Of a stretch of DNA of 64,000 nucleotides, positions 48,760-64,000 are shown piece after piece (within the stretch, counting starts at the first letter, position 1; every line of letters starts with the position of its first letter). The DNA lies in assembly GCF_006345805.1 (NCBI RefSeq), contig NC_043011.1, positions 55,130,464 through 55,194,463 on the forward strand, given 5' to 3'. The position numbers and the translations under genes are program-made. The DNA comes from Octopus sinensis. Taxonomy: Eukaryota. A model generated the notes under the pieces. That model saw nothing but the letters and a program-made list of their open reading frames with translations. It was not told the DNA's origin and ran no database searches.

Positions 48760-48897
48760 GTTAGGAAGGGCATCCTGCTGTAGAAACACTGCCAGATCAG
48801 ACTGGAGCCTGGTGCAGCCTCCTGGCTTCCCAGACCCCAGTCGAACCGTCCAACCCATGCTAGCATGGAAAGCGGACGTTAAACGATGATGATGATG
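48760..48897 (+). mobile_element. RTE family D 3' tip
   Basis: gttaggaagggcatcc...gacgttaaacgatgatgatg. Confidence 0.85.
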
Positions 48898-49768
48898 TGA
48901 TATTAAAGACCAGGCTCCAATAGCTATGCTACATGAAGTACCAGTTGAATATCTTATGTTCAACTCTCCATGTTGACATAGTTTGAACGATTGACGCAAC
49001 AGCAGTGGTAATTTTGCTATTTGGAACATGACCTTTACACTCACTTTTGAACAGTTGGTGTTGAGACAGTAACTGGAAACGCGTCTGAAACAGGTTAAGG
49101 GGTTTTTAGTCTTCAATAAGTTTCAGTTTCAGGCTAAATCATCCCAGTTTTTCCCTTCACCTGCATTATTCATATACTTCTATCTTGGGTCAAGATTATT
49201 GCACAACTGCAATTTAAATTACAGATTGTAAAATGCTAGTATTTCTGCAGCTTACAAGGGTCAGCATCTCAATATAGTAGAAATTTAAAACCAGTGAGAA
49301 TCACATGTCTCAAACGTGAAGCACAACACAGTGCTAGAAATGCAAGACAATTATCAGCCCTTCAGCCAGCCAACAGTGACACCACCACCTCTATGATGTT
49401 AGAGACCATCAAATCAGTTTTATAATAATAATAATAATCTTGAATTTTGAAATTGCATGTGATATACAGACATAGGGTAGTGACAAAGTTAACATGACTG
49501 ACCAGAAACAGGGGTCTGAAAACCACAAAAAAAAAAACTGATCTGAAAATACAACTAAGGATCAGGCATGAAGTGCTAATATAGATGAGGCAATGAGGCT
49601 GAATCTTATGGAACTTACTTCAAGCCAACTGAGTTTACAAACAAAGACAGACAAACTTTGAAGGGGAGGACAAATTAAATCTGTCTTCAACAGGCCTCTA
49701 ACTTCTTACCATAAGTATAATTAGTGGTTACCTAATGACTAGGAGCACAACAAACTATTCTAAACCTA

Positions 49769-50478
<710 letters not shown>

Positions 50479-50909
50479 TATATATATATATGTATAATTT
50501 TAATGCAAAATATAATCAGCAAGGATCTAATTCCTAAGTTTTCACCTTCTGTATGAAAGAAAGAAAATTTGAAGAAAACTTAATTGTTGGAGATCCTTAT
50601 TCAGGATCTCAAAGAAGTCACCCAACCCACCAAAAAAAAAAAAATCCAACAAAAAGAGTAGAAAGGTGAAAGATTTATTCATCTTTAAGAAATAGAATTT
50701 TAATATTATTGAAGAAGCAAGGAATCGACAGAATCAGTAGAGTAATGGCTACACTGACTTGTATTTAGTCATCCCAATTCTGATTTCCAATCCTACCAGT
50801 GGTCACTTTGCCTTTCATCGTTATGGAATCAACAAAAAGCAACAACCACGTGCTAATGTTCTTTACCAGAACCTCTCCCTCCCTTACAAACATGTGGCAC
50901 TTTTGCCTT

Positions 50910-51090
50910 GGTCCGGTGGCACGTAAAAAGCACCCACTACACTCATGGAGTGGTTGGCGTTAGGAAGGGCATCCAGCTGTAGAAAAACTGCCAGATCTGA
51001 CTGGAGCCTGGTGCAGCCTCCTGGCTTCCCAGACCCCGGTTGAATCGTCCAACTCAAACTAGCATGGAAAACAGACGTTAAATGATGATG
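50910..51090 (+). mobile_element. RTE family D 3' tip
   Basis: Family D UTR and tail. Confidence 0.85.
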
Positions 51091-51285
51091 AAAGCTACTG
51101 CATAGAATTCTATATTACATTCAAAGTTCATTAACTAACCTAAAATGGTAAATAAAGAACTCAGCACCCCTTCATTAATGAGAAATTGAAAGCAACTCGC
51201 AAGTGATATAAATCAAATATTCATTGAACAACTGTTTAAACGTGACTGATGCTGACAACTTGAGACTTTCAAAGTGGAATACTTA

Positions 51286-51396
<111 letters not shown>

Positions 51397-52582
51397 TTAG
51401 TTATTGCACTCTTCAAATGTAACAAAATAGAAATAATATAATAAAACAATGTAATAAGGTGAATGCTTTTCTTTAAAACAAAAGAGAAAACCAACCTTTT
51501 ATTTCTCGTTCAAATAATTATAAAGTATTCGATTTATTTTAAGAAGTTCAGAATAAGAAACAAAGAAACAACCTTTCATAGAGTATCATTGTATGGGACA
51601 ACATTCCTATTTAATCCTTATCCCCATTAAAAAGAGAGAAACAAAAGATTATCTCATCCACTACCAACTGAAAGGGGTCGTTCAAATATTCAGTTTGCAT
51701 TATTTAAGTTACAACAGTTCCAGATGAGAGTCAAACAGAAGACCTTTATCTACCCATTGGGGTCTATGTGGAAGCATTAAGTTTCTATTGAATTGTCTCC
51801 ATTTCCCTGCCCCTGGTGAGATGAGATGAGTATAAGCAGGAGAATGGCTATAGCCATCTTTTCAAGTGTCTAGGCAAGAGAAAAGATCTTTAAAAGTTCT
51901 GAGGAACATACTTGAACAATATATAAAAGAAAACTTGTGAAATCTTACAAGATTTAAATTTAGAATTAAAATGTTACTTCCAATACTGATATAGGAAAGA
52001 TTCCCAAGACCCAGGAAGATGTTGGACAAAGTACCAAGAAAGGATTTTCACACATTGGGCCTCACAGAGAGGATGGCAAGGGGCCGAGACTTCTGAAGGT
52101 TTGTTGTGCTTGAGAAGACTAAGTAAAATCATGGATCTTTCTTGCATCCTTCTTTAACTGGGTGATCCTAATCTTGTAGGCTTCTGAGTGCTGGTGCCAT
52201 ATTAATGGCACCCAGTCCACACACTGTAAAGTGGTTGGTGTTGGGGAAGGGCATCTAGACATGGAAACCACGTCGAAACAGACAAATGGACCCCAGGTAG
52301 ATCTTCTCTGTCCAACCCATACCCGTATGGAAAACGGATGATGATGACATGCAGTGTTGAAGCAAAGTTCTTCATCCTCTTACAATTAGCCATTCTATAA
52401 CAACAGTCAAGTAGAATGTGACAAGTATGTAGCCTGTGAATAACAATTCCTGTGGCCAGGAAATACAGACCAATGCAGGGCAACACTCTTTTCCACTTTA
52501 ATATAATTTCAACAGTTGAAAGATATTTTAATGGCACAATGTTTGATAAAAAAAAAATTTTTTTTAAATTACAAAAAACTTA

Positions 52583-52759
<177 letters not shown>

Positions 52760-53569
52760 TTATTTTCAGAGTAGTTATTCAAAGCAATGCCATATTTTTC
52801 AGATTGAGCTCCTCAGCTTTATTAGAGCGAAATTCATACATGGCTTTTATAATGAGTTTAATATAATGAATGTAATAGCAGATCTACTTTATCTGGTCTA
52901 TGAAATAGATGGCCCTCTTCACTAGACCTTAGAGAAACCATTCCCCTGGATAAGACACCTGTCTATCTCAGGTAACTCACATAAGAAAAAAACAACACAG
53001 ACTTGGTCAATGAGAGTTGAGTATTTTTGTCATGTAAGATCCGAACTGTTCATTACTAACTGGTTATTAACTATGGCAGGCACACATTCTGTCGATAAAA
53101 TATATTAAGCTTCACTGAGAAATGGTCTTGAGTTTTCCAAAATATCTCCAGACATACCACATCTTATATTTGATCTTATCAATTTATATTACACAGATTT
53201 GTCTTTTGAGGTTAGAAATACTATTTGGGATTTAGTTTTAACAAATGACACCCCTACATTATCAATCAAAACAGACAATTCTTCAAATGTCTGACACTAT
53301 GAAGATAAGCAAAAAAGCAGGATGCAACTGACAAATCATTACTGACAAATCCATTTAACAAAGAGTAATTTCTTTTAGAGGAGATAAAATGGTAAGCGAT
53401 GATCTTCAGGTCTTTGTTAAAGTCTCTATTAAGAGGAGCACAAGTGAGATAAATCTAGCTGCATCAGAGAATCTGAGAACTTAACTGGGGGTAGTGCTTG
53501 GTGCTACTGGTTATAAAATATCAAATGTTCACCTCTTATAAACTATTGTCCCATTTCCATTATTGAGTA

Positions 53570-53957
53570 GCAGACGAAATACCTATTTGTTTACTACCCA
53601 CAAGGAGCTAAACATAGAGAGGACAAACAAGGACAAACGGATTAAGTCGATTGTATTGACCCCAGTGTGTAACTGGTACTTATTTAATCGACCCCAAAAG
53701 GATGAAAGGTAAAGTCGACCTCGGTGGAATTTGAACTCAGAACGTAACAGCAGACAAAATACGGCTACGCATTTCGCCTGGCGTGCTAACGTTTCTGCCA
53801 GCTCACCGCCTTTACGTAATGGCAGACGAAAAACCTATTTCTTTACTACCCACAAGGGGCTAAACACAGAGAGGACAAACAAGGACAGACAAACGGATTG
53901 AGTGAATTACATCGACCCCAGTGCGTAACTGGTACTTATTTAATCGACCCCAAAAGG
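53570..53957 (-). mobile_element. SINE family B copies
   Basis: Family B head at about 53810 and a repeated body. Confidence 0.85.
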
Positions 53958-54085
53958 GCCATGGTTCAGGGAAAGAGGCGAGACACTGAAAATGAGGGAG
54001 AAAGAGGAATACAGCACAGCTATTCTTGTTATTTAGTGAATTTGTTGCTAATCAACAGGATGGACTTAATGAAATGTAGTGGAAA

Positions 54086-54117
<32 letters not shown>

Positions 54118-54597
54118 ATGGGGAAGCAGCTCAGAGCTCAAGTATTTTTGTTCACTTTTAGATGGATGCTCAGATACAGATTGTAAAGCTTAGCATTTAT
54201 AGGAAAATGGAGGACTAGATAAGTTTTGTTGTTGAAGAGTAGGGCAGTGTAATATAAGACTGTTGATAATTAGGCTGTTCCCATGAGGGGATGCTTTTTG
54301 AGGGTGTCTTTATTACAAGACCAGCAACAGGTACCAAGGATTCATAGAGATGACACTTCTGAACAAGGTATCTTCATCCTAATTTTTAGTTAAGAAAACC
54401 CAATAATTTATCCAAAGTTTTTATTTAATCAATGTCTTACATACCCTGGATTTCTAACTCATTATTTTGGAGCATTTAACATAAAACATGTGCCCTTACC
54501 AACACAATAAATATATCAAAACCTTCCATCTTCACACCTTCATTTATCCGCACTCAACAGTTCACATCCAAAATATTCTTCTTCAATTGATCATTAG

Positions 54598-54972
54598 CTT
54601 ACTCTTATGTGTTTCAGTCACTTGATTGCAACCATGCTGGAGCACCACCTTTAGTCGAACAAATCAACCCCCCCCCCAGGACATTCTTTCTAAGCCTAGT
54701 ACTTATTCTATCAATTTCTTTTGCCGAACCTCTAACTTATAGGGACGTAAACACACCAACATCAGTTGTCAAGTGATGGTGGGGAGGCGAACAGACAAAT
54801 ACATGCATATACATACATATATATATATATATATGATGGTCTTTCAGTTTCCATCTACCAAACCCACTCACTAGGCTATAGTAGAAGACACTTGCCCAAG
54901 GTGCCACGCAGTGGGACGGAACCTGGTACCATGTGATTGGGAAGCAAGCTTCTTACCACACAGCCACTCCTG
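54598..54972 (-). mobile_element. SINE family A, diverged
   Basis: Reverse complement ending cacacagccactcctgc. Confidence 0.85.
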
Positions 54973-55037
54973 CACTAACTATAAATTTAATGACTTTACA
55001 ATTGTGAAATAATAGTGTGTTTCACAAAACAAATTTG

Positions 55038-55077
<40 letters not shown>

Positions 55078-55194
55078 GAGAGAGATGCTAATCAACCAAG
55101 AATCTCATTTTGAAAAAAAAAAACAAAGTAATTGGAATTATTATTGTGAAGGGAGTGAGTGGAGAGTGCAATAGATGTGGTAGCAAGAATCACT

Positions 55195-55237
<43 letters not shown>

Positions 55238-55765
55238 TAGTACAACCAGCTGCAGTCTGGTAATATATCTAATATAAACGAAGCTTTTATACTAAATATT
55301 ATTGCTAGAAGCTCTCTCCTGAATTGTACAGGCAAACAAAAATATGCTTAAGTTTGAACCATTAAAGTTAGCTCTACCTAAACAGACATCAAGAAAGCCA
55401 TTTCATATTCTGAAAGCTCCTCAATCCATTCCTAATACTCAAGAGTATTTACCACAAGATGAAAGAAAAATATTAAATTCAATTTTGCATTGTTATCATT
55501 GTGTTTCATTGTTGTTGAGGAAATCTGGAAATATAGATCAACATTTTTTTACTTTAGAATGCCATTGGCAAAAGAGGGGAAAAAAACCTGATATGATGCA
55601 GTCTTGCAAACTTTTGTTTCTTATTCTCTCTTTTATTGAATCTTACTCAACACAAAGTCAGCTGATTATCGATTTATTGATAAATCCATCTTATGACCTA
55701 GTTTCAATTCACACTTACGTTTTTGGACGGGCATGAATACCATAACGTTTTTTCTGTAACATTAA

Positions 55766-55985
55766 CCCTTTCCTTACCAACCTGGCTAAAACCGGCCCTG
55801 GCTCTGAGTACAAATGTCTTGTTTTCATAAGTTTTCAATTAAAATCTTCCACCAAATATTAGTCACAATTTATGTTCCTAACACTTGCTAAATGATAACT
55901 ATGTTATTTTACTAACTTCTCTGTTATATTCAAAGTAATTGAAAGAAATACAGAGCCTCTCAAAATAAATACAGTAACGAAAGGG
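55766..55985. mobile_element. piggyBac-type MITE
   Basis: Inverted homologue of 38154-38366; TTAA on the left side. Confidence 0.75.
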
Positions 55986-58900
55986 TGAAGGTGGTTCTGT
56001 CTGAAAAGTGAATCTGGCCAGTTTAAAGGATATTGTTGAAGAAGTTACTGGAGAGTATTAAAACTCACAGAATAAAGATCCTTTCAAGAGTATCACTAAA
56101 ACGATGTAATAATGTTCGACTAATGTAATCCAAATGACAGCTAACATTATTTCAATCATAATCTTTAGCCGGATCTTGATTGATTAAGTATTTCAACAGG
56201 GCATTGAAAGTGACGGAAAAATATCAAAGGAAGTTTTTTTCTTACACTAATTTTCAAAATAATATTTTTATTACATATTTGCACATTATATTGGTTACAA
56301 TGGTTTTATTCCAAGTTTGATTTGTGTTAGAAACATGAACAAATTCAAACAATATTCAGATCAGCTCTTTTTGGATGAAACATCATCCAAAAATTTATAT
56401 CTGCTTTGTATGCTGGTATGGGTTGGATGGGTCGCGAAAATACAAGTCAATTCTTTTCAAGAGTTACTAGCTTCCTGCATGGATCAAAAGCATGTCTCCT
56501 TCAGGCTTCATTTTGGTTTAATTTGTCTGACTGGATGGATGCCCTTCCTATCATCAACCACTTCACAAACATACAGTGTATATTTTATTATGGCCTCTAA
56601 CACTAGAGATATTGTCATGTTCTTGACAAGGCTAAAAAAAAGTCCTCTTAACACTATGCTTTCTCTACACATTTGCCAGCTACTTTACAGAGTGTGCTGG
56701 GTGCATCTGTCACGGCACCGGCACAAGTGAGTTACTTTGTACACCAAACAAATAAGGAGATCTCACTACTTTAAGACATGCACTCTAGGTTTGCTTCCAC
56801 AACTAGAATTTCTCCTAAACATCTAGAGCCAGCAATAACAGCTAAGTCATCAAAATATATATTCTTTTGTGTTCTAGCAACATATCTATATAAACCTAGC
56901 TTATACACTAAACAAGCTTTCTTCTGGATTATATAGGCTAATGTTATAAATCTTTCTGTAACTTTCAGCAACCTGATACCTTGATAGTCTCCTCTTTGCT
57001 GTGCCTCTCATATGCCCTTGTAACAGTTGATAATAATGACAACACCCTGATGGCAAACTTGTAACCTAATCAGCCAGAAATTTTAAGCATCTCAGAAGTA
57101 ATTACTAAGGGACCTTGTCTTAACTTTAATTGGCCACCTTATGTCTTTCACATTCCCTCTTTAATTGATTCAACAGGATCTAACAAGTCAAAGGACCATA
57201 TATTACTCTAAGTTCTCGATTTTGACATGCTTTCTTTGATTGGATACCCTTCCTAATGCCAACCACTTTAGAGAGTGAACAGAGTGCTTTTCATGTGGCA
57301 CCAACATTAATGTGGTTGCCTCGTAATTTGCCAGTGTAAAGAGTCCTCGACTGAGAGAGAGAATTATAGAGAAGATGGCCTTGTGTGAAGTGTTGATGAG
57401 GTTAAGTATGACGGGAGGGATGGTTGCATGTTTGTTGTTGTGGTGGATGGCGTTCAGGATAACCTTCATTATATGAGAGGTAAGGGATGGAACCAGAAAG
57501 AGAGATAATGTGATGGTGAGATGCCTAGGTGCAGTGAATAAGAGAGTGGTGAGCAGCAGAATAACATTATAGATATAAGAGGAATGAGGGAATAGTGGTG
57601 GATGGGCAGAGTAAAAGACAGAGAAATAGGAGTAAAGGTGGCCAGAGGTGAATATAGGGATGTACAATGACCAATATGAGGTGGGAGGCATTGTGTTGAT
57701 GAGGGATTGATGTCAATGGGAAATGGCTCAGAGGATCTTTCTTGTGGTACAGAAAGAGTGACGATATAGCAAAAATAGATCTTTTTTCTGGCACCACATA
57801 TCACCAATCAACTAAGTCCTTTGTCATTCACTCCATAAAGCTCAACATTCTGAGCTTGGCCTTCAATCACTTTATCTTCCTGGATTTCCTTCTCTCATAC
57901 GGCCAGCCCATTGTAAGCAATCTGCATTTCTTTACGTATGATGCCCTTATCCATACGCATCGCTTGTTTATACCAATGCAGTCTCCTCTTGCACACAATG
58001 TCCGATTCCTCTTATGCCTAGCTTTTCTCTCAACACATATTGTCATTCATTCACACTAACATATGACAGCCAGCAAAGCATGCTTGCTTCACATCTTGCA
58101 CAAGTCTTCTACATACAGGGCACACATAATGCTACCACATGTAACATTATATACAAGCATCATACAGTCTGCCTTTCACTCTGAAAGAGAAACCTTTGGT
58201 TACCTACACAAGTAACAGCTCCCTGAACTTTCTCCGGGGTCATTTTTACTCCAGCTGCTATACTTTCAAAACATTCTATAATGTTAATTAGGTCAACGAG
58301 GTAACAGAAGCTATCTACTACCTCAAAGGTGCCTCCTAGGCATTTGATAAACCTATTTTCTACGCATTGTTAGTCTTTTGTGCATCGCCACATACTTCCT
58401 ATATATATATATATATATATATATATAATCCTCACATTAGTGAATAGTGATTCTTTGATAGTACCTGGGCAATACTAGATACTGCCACTGGTATACTTAT
58501 GCATACACACAAATTTTATTTATTATATATCAACATGTAAAGAGATATAAATGAAAGAGAGAGAGAGAGAGGTGTGTAGAGATTGCATCAAACTATCTGC
58601 AACCAATACTTCACCTTTCCTGTATTCCCCCACCACCAATCCCCTCTAGATCACTTCTCTCTCTCCCATTATTCGTCACCTACTCACGCTTTTGCCTACC
58701 TTTTATTATTGCATGTCACCACCCCCCTGCTGCCTGACTCCCCCAATACCTACCTCTACCTTCCACCCATTCTGGCCTTCTGCCTGTCATTCTTCTCATC
58801 AATCACAATACCTGGCCAAAAGTAAGTTTTAGGTTACTCAGTAACCTTTACGCTTAACTGTATACAAACACTCCACCTTTGATATTCTGGTGCCATGATG

Positions 58901-60294
58901 AAAAACATCACTCAACCACTTGTTCGTCCTTCTACGAGGACTGACAAGCAAGCTGAGAAAGCAGGGCTGGGAGATGTTACTTCTATCTCACATAGGACCT
59001 GACAACCTTCCTAGTGCTGGTTCTACAAAACAAATACACCCTGTGTGCACAATGAAATGTATAGTCAAACAAGAAAGCATAAAGTTGTGAAGTTGCTTTA
59101 ATCCTGCCTCAACAAGGATTTGACTTGTACTGGTGCCATGAAAAAAAATGCACCAAGGACACTATAAAATGACTGGCAGTAAGAAGGACATCCAGCCACA
59201 GAAGCCAAGCCAAAATGACACAAATGAACACCAGCCTATGATAGCAATGGTCCCAATTAAGACTTGGATTACGAAAACCTGTCCAACTCAGTATGGAAAC
59301 ACACAGAAGATGCACCAAACAACCAAGAATAAAACATGTCAAACAAGCAACATACTCCTGATGCAACCACAGAAGCGAGTGCATGCTTGGCTTAGGTAGC
59401 TCCCGTTTGTGACCACCCAACAAGAGATATAGCAGCTCAAATTATGAGGTCACAGATTAGAGAGGAAGAGTGTGACGTATATGAAAATTGTTAGTCAGGC
59501 CTTAGATTAAGGAGATCAAGGAGTGTTTGTATGGTTAATGTGCCTAGCACCTTGATACAGGTAGCAATGTTGATTTTGATGGAAATAAAATGAAGCAACA
59601 TTGGACGGCCTTCACTACTCACAATCTCCAGGATTATCAGAGATGATGGGAAGAGCTTGCATCACTGGGCATTGCTCTTCTGTTTATCTTCTGGTACGGT
59701 CAATGTTGGTGTCTGATAAGAACCAGTGAATGACGGGGCTCTCCAAGGGCTTGAGCTTGATCAACAAACTCTTTCAACAAAGCATGCAGTGGGTCCAGTG
59801 CTTTTTCAACAAGAAAGGCTATCTCAATATCACACAGGACTTGTATCTAATGTTATCAAACGCCACATATCTAATAGTGAACCAGTCATTAGGAATGACC
59901 CTTTCCTGTACCAGCAGCAGTCATATCCCACCAGTTATTTTCAGCATCCCTGCAAATGTTCCGGACAGGGTGACCGCTTGTCTCTATATCCTTAATGGCC
60001 ATGTTTTTCTTATAGCTGTCAATTTCAACAACCAGTCTCTCTGATGTCTTCTCAGCTAAATGACTCACTATAGAATTGGATATCCTTGTGCATGAAATTA
60101 AGCTGATAGAAACTGTGTGGAAGTCAATGGATAGGCTGTACAGTGAAAGGCCTAGCCTTATGCTGGTTCTACTTGAGCATTCTGTAACTTTGGCTGAGTT
60201 TGAACTCAGAGCATGAGTCTGGAAGAAACACTGCTAGGCATTTTGTCTGATGCTCTAACAGTTCTACCAGGTTGCTGCCTTAGTAGATAAGATA

Positions 60295-60329
<35 letters not shown>

Positions 60330-62339
60330 ACATGCAAACCTATGCAGAAGGCATACAAACATAGCAAATTTAACTATTTTTCCATAAAAATTTTTTAAAT
60401 GATCAGCTTTATTTGACCAATCCCAGAGAAATAAGCAGCCAACAAAAATAAAGGTCTGTTTCACTCCCACTAAATCACACCAACTGGAAAGGCAACTGCA
60501 TCAATGAAGAAGTAAATTAACTCACCTGTTGGTTCATCCATCCACACCGAAGTATACGACAGAGAGAGGGGGAGAGAGGAGAGAGAGAGAGGAGGACAAT
60601 GAGAGCTATTCAATGTTAACTGATACATGATTGTTCAACCTAATGAGGACAGAAACTAAATCTCTCACAATCACACTGTTCTCTATAAAGATAATATCCT
60701 TCCTGATCTGCAAAATGAAAGGAGAGTTTAAGACTGGAGCATTTTTCACAATGGTTTTTGTTCCTCTACAACTGATCTGGGAACAGTGTGGACACTTGGT
60801 TTGTTAGATACAGTAGCTAAGTTTTTACCCTCAAATCACAGCTAATGTCTTAAATTAGCAAAGAACACGTGTGTACAAATGTTCATTTCTCAGACAAGAA
60901 TAGGTCTGGATGAGGAGTTATTTTAAGGCAGGATTTTACGGCACGTATACATACATGCATACATACACAGCATTTTCCAGATGAGATTACATAAGCAGTG
61001 TCCATAGAGACCGAGGATAAAAGGACAATTAAAAGCAAGTTCTCAAATAACTGCCAAGTCAAATGTTGCATACACATGCAAAATTATGAATATCATAATC
61101 ATCATTTAACATTGGTTTTCACTGCTGGTGTGGGTTGGGCAACAGTCTGACAGGATCCAGTGATTCGCATGACTGCATCAAGCTTCAACATCAGCACAAC
61201 ATTAATAGAGAAATTTTATGGACACATTTCACTCATCTTTACTATTTATTGTTCAATGCAGGGGTAGGCTTTGCTGGTCACTGCCATCATGTCGGACAAC
61301 AGGCCATATCAGACGTTATATTTTGGAGTCTTCCACAGTAAGACCACTTAACTACATTGATATTATTAGTAGAAACACAACATGAAGTTGAAGATCTACC
61401 AAGGGGCAAAGATGACTGGCAGAAAAGAAAAAAAATCTACTCATAGAATACCTACAATGATTTTATAGTTTCAGTCATTCAACAGTATCCACACGGAAGT
61501 AATGGACAAAGAATATAATGAGTTATACCAATCTGATACTTGACTGCTGACTTATTTCATCAACTTAGGCAGAGAAAAAAAAATGTTCAACTTAACCAAA
61601 TACTACAACTGACTCTTGTTTTTTTTCCATGTCTTTTTTACCTCTTCACCAACTGGAAATCATAGTAGTTGATCAACAGGCTTACACTGGATGCATTATC
61701 CATCAATATCACATGGTCAGTCCCACAGGATTACTGTTGCAGCATCCCCAACCTGAGCATCTTCTATTAAGCCTCTAAGTTTTTCCTTTTTCTCCACTTG
61801 ATACATCAGACTCATTAATTCTAGGAAGATCAGATCTAAGTAATTTGTTCTCCAGCCACAACACCTTGTCTTCACCTCTCTATCAGGAATATATTTCCAA
61901 CATATGCACTATGTGTGTGTACGCGCGTGCAGGTACATTCGTAAAAGGTACATCATTTTGTTATCAAGACAAGAATTAACAGGAATTTTCTTTTACCAGT
62001 ACTTTAGTGATTTCAACAACAACAGAAACTAGATAAAACAATATATAAACTATTACAATATCTTGTGATCTTTCAACTTTGGCTGAACATTCTGAACATT
62101 GTTTTAGACATGACCATCCTGTTTTTTTTTATATGGGATGTGTGGAACAATTTTGGGCAAAATAAAACAAGTAATCTAAAATGGCAGCTTGTCAGTCCCC
62201 CTTATGGTGCCAGTGGGCAAAGTCAAAAAGCCACTGACTTACAGGGCTTACACTTGCAGATAGCTCCATCACCATCATCAGTTTTTAAATGTTATTTAAG
62301 AATATTGGTAAGCTGTGTGTGTGTGTGTGTGTGTGTGTG

Positions 62340-63000
62340 TATCATCCTTTAATGTCCATTTTCCATGCTGGCATCGGTTGGACAGTTTGACTGAAAACTG
62401 GTAAGCCAGAGAGCGGTTCCAGTCTGAATTTGCAAGGTTTCTACGACTGGATGCCCTTCCTAACGCCAACCACTCAGAGTGTAGTGGGTGTTTTTTTTAC
62501 ATACCACTAGCATGGGTGCCATAGACCTGACACCGGCCACAACTGTGGTCTCACATGTCTTGACAGGTCTTCTCAAGCACAGCTTATCGCCAAAGGTCTC
62601 AGTTGCTTGGCATTGCCTCTGTGAAGCCCAACATTAGGAGATCGTGCTTCACTAACTCATCCCATGTTTTCCTGGATCTATCTCTTCCACAGTTTCCCTC
62701 CACCATTAGACTGCATCAATCCTTCATGCAGCTGTCTTCGTCATATGCATCACATGACCAGACCAGTGCCGTCATGACTCTTGCCTAACTTTTCTCTCAG
62801 GATGCTTACACCCTGTCATGCACACACACTGACATACATCCAGCAAAGCCTACTAGCTTCATTTCTTACAAGCCTATGCATGTCCTCAGCAGTCACAGCC
62901 CATGTTTCACTATGTAGCATGGCTGTTCATGCACAGGCATCATGGAGCTCTGCCTTTCACTCTGAACAAGAGGCCCTTTGTAACCAGTAGAGGTAGGAGC
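62340..63000 (-). mobile_element. RTE family D, diverged 3' part
   Basis: Homologous to 32900-33320 (gtcctcagcagtcacagcccatgtttc) plus UTR. Confidence 0.85.
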
Positions 63001-63218
63001 TACGATAATCTATCTGAAATGCTCTAACTACATATATGATGCATTGCAGAAAACAGAATTCTGATGTTCTAACTGAACTTTAATATCCTTATTAGATCTA
63101 GTGATAATTCTAAATACTTGTAGATAGGATGACCATCTTCCACACTATTGCATCAACTTGCTTGTGTACAAGACATTTCAATACAATCCACACTAATCAA
63201 GATCAAGAAAGTAACACC

Positions 63219-63805
63219 CATCATCATCATCATCGTCGTTTAACGTCCGTTCTCCATGCTAGCATGGGTTGGACGGTTCGACCGGGGTTCTGGAAGCCAG
63301 AAGGCTGCACCAGGCTCCAGTTAATTTGCAATGTTTCTACAGCTGGATGCCCTTCCTAACGCCAACCACTCCGTGAGTGTAGTGGGTGCTTTTTACGTGC
63401 CACCTGCACAGGTGCCAGGCGGGGCTGGCAACGCCACGGTCAGATTGGTGTATTTATGTGCACCGCATGGAAGCCAGTCGAGGCGTGCTGGCATCGGCCA
63501 CGAGTCGGATAGTGCTTTTACGTACCACCAGACCAGGGATCTGCTGGTTCAATTCGATTTCGATTCGCTTGCCCCAACATGTCTTCACAAGCAAAGGGGG
63601 TTGGCAGGGTGCCTGTCGTACGGTCGCATTGAGTATTTTACGTGCCACGGCCACGAGTCGGGTAGTGCTTTTTACGTACCACCAGCCAGGGATCCTGGCT
63701 GGTTCATTCGGTTTCGATTCGATTCGATTTCGCTTGCCCCACATGTCTTCGCAAGCATGGGGGTTGGGATGGGTGTCTGTCATCGATGAGGGTCTATATC
63801 GACTT
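63219..63805 (-). mobile_element. RTE family D 3' UTR, close to 32248-32845
   Basis: Near-identical apart from many single-base deletions. Confidence 0.88.
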
Positions 63806-64000
63806 TTGATATTCTAACAAACTAAACTGTATACTGCTCAGTTACAATCAATTCTGCTTCACTTACAACAAGCTTAACCCGATTCAACCACTCATATAAA
63901 CAACATCCACCTATTCTAAAACCTAAAATCCTTTTCAATTCTTATTTTCTAATGAAAAGAAATTTGAATATTTCTCAGCAGTAATCCCTGCTGTAACACT

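Noticed and set aside
60520-60570. Donor-like cag|gtgagt as the Rab11 first exon
   Set aside because: The upstream sequence does not encode MGxxDDEYDYLFK.

Overview
Repeat-rich, AT-rich animal genomic DNA. The SINE, RTE-LINE and microsatellite landscape is typical of Octopus (coleoid cephalopod); this is inferred from the repeats, not proven. Two spliced protein-coding genes lie on the minus strand, and neither is fully captured by the ORF track. (1) 1-9603, with a probable 18-nt start exon at 18090-18107, encodes a secreted AA15-type lytic polysaccharide monooxygenase (LPMO) homologue. Its copper-site residues appear lost: mature His1 is Gln, the second brace His is Gln, and the second-sphere Glu is Met. 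The domain is followed by a furin-type RRKKR site, a Ser/Thr-rich linker with Ser-Gly motifs and a Cys-rich region that runs off the window. (2) 45664-52695 holds five coding exons of Rab11; its first coding exon was not found in the window. The rest is tRNA-derived SINEs, RTE/CR1/R4-Dong/Penelope retroelement remnants, Tc1-mariner/hAT/piggyBac/Helitron derivatives, MITEs, microsatellites and a 48-bp GGAT-derived minisatellite. Most ORFs in the supplied track are repeat artefacts.
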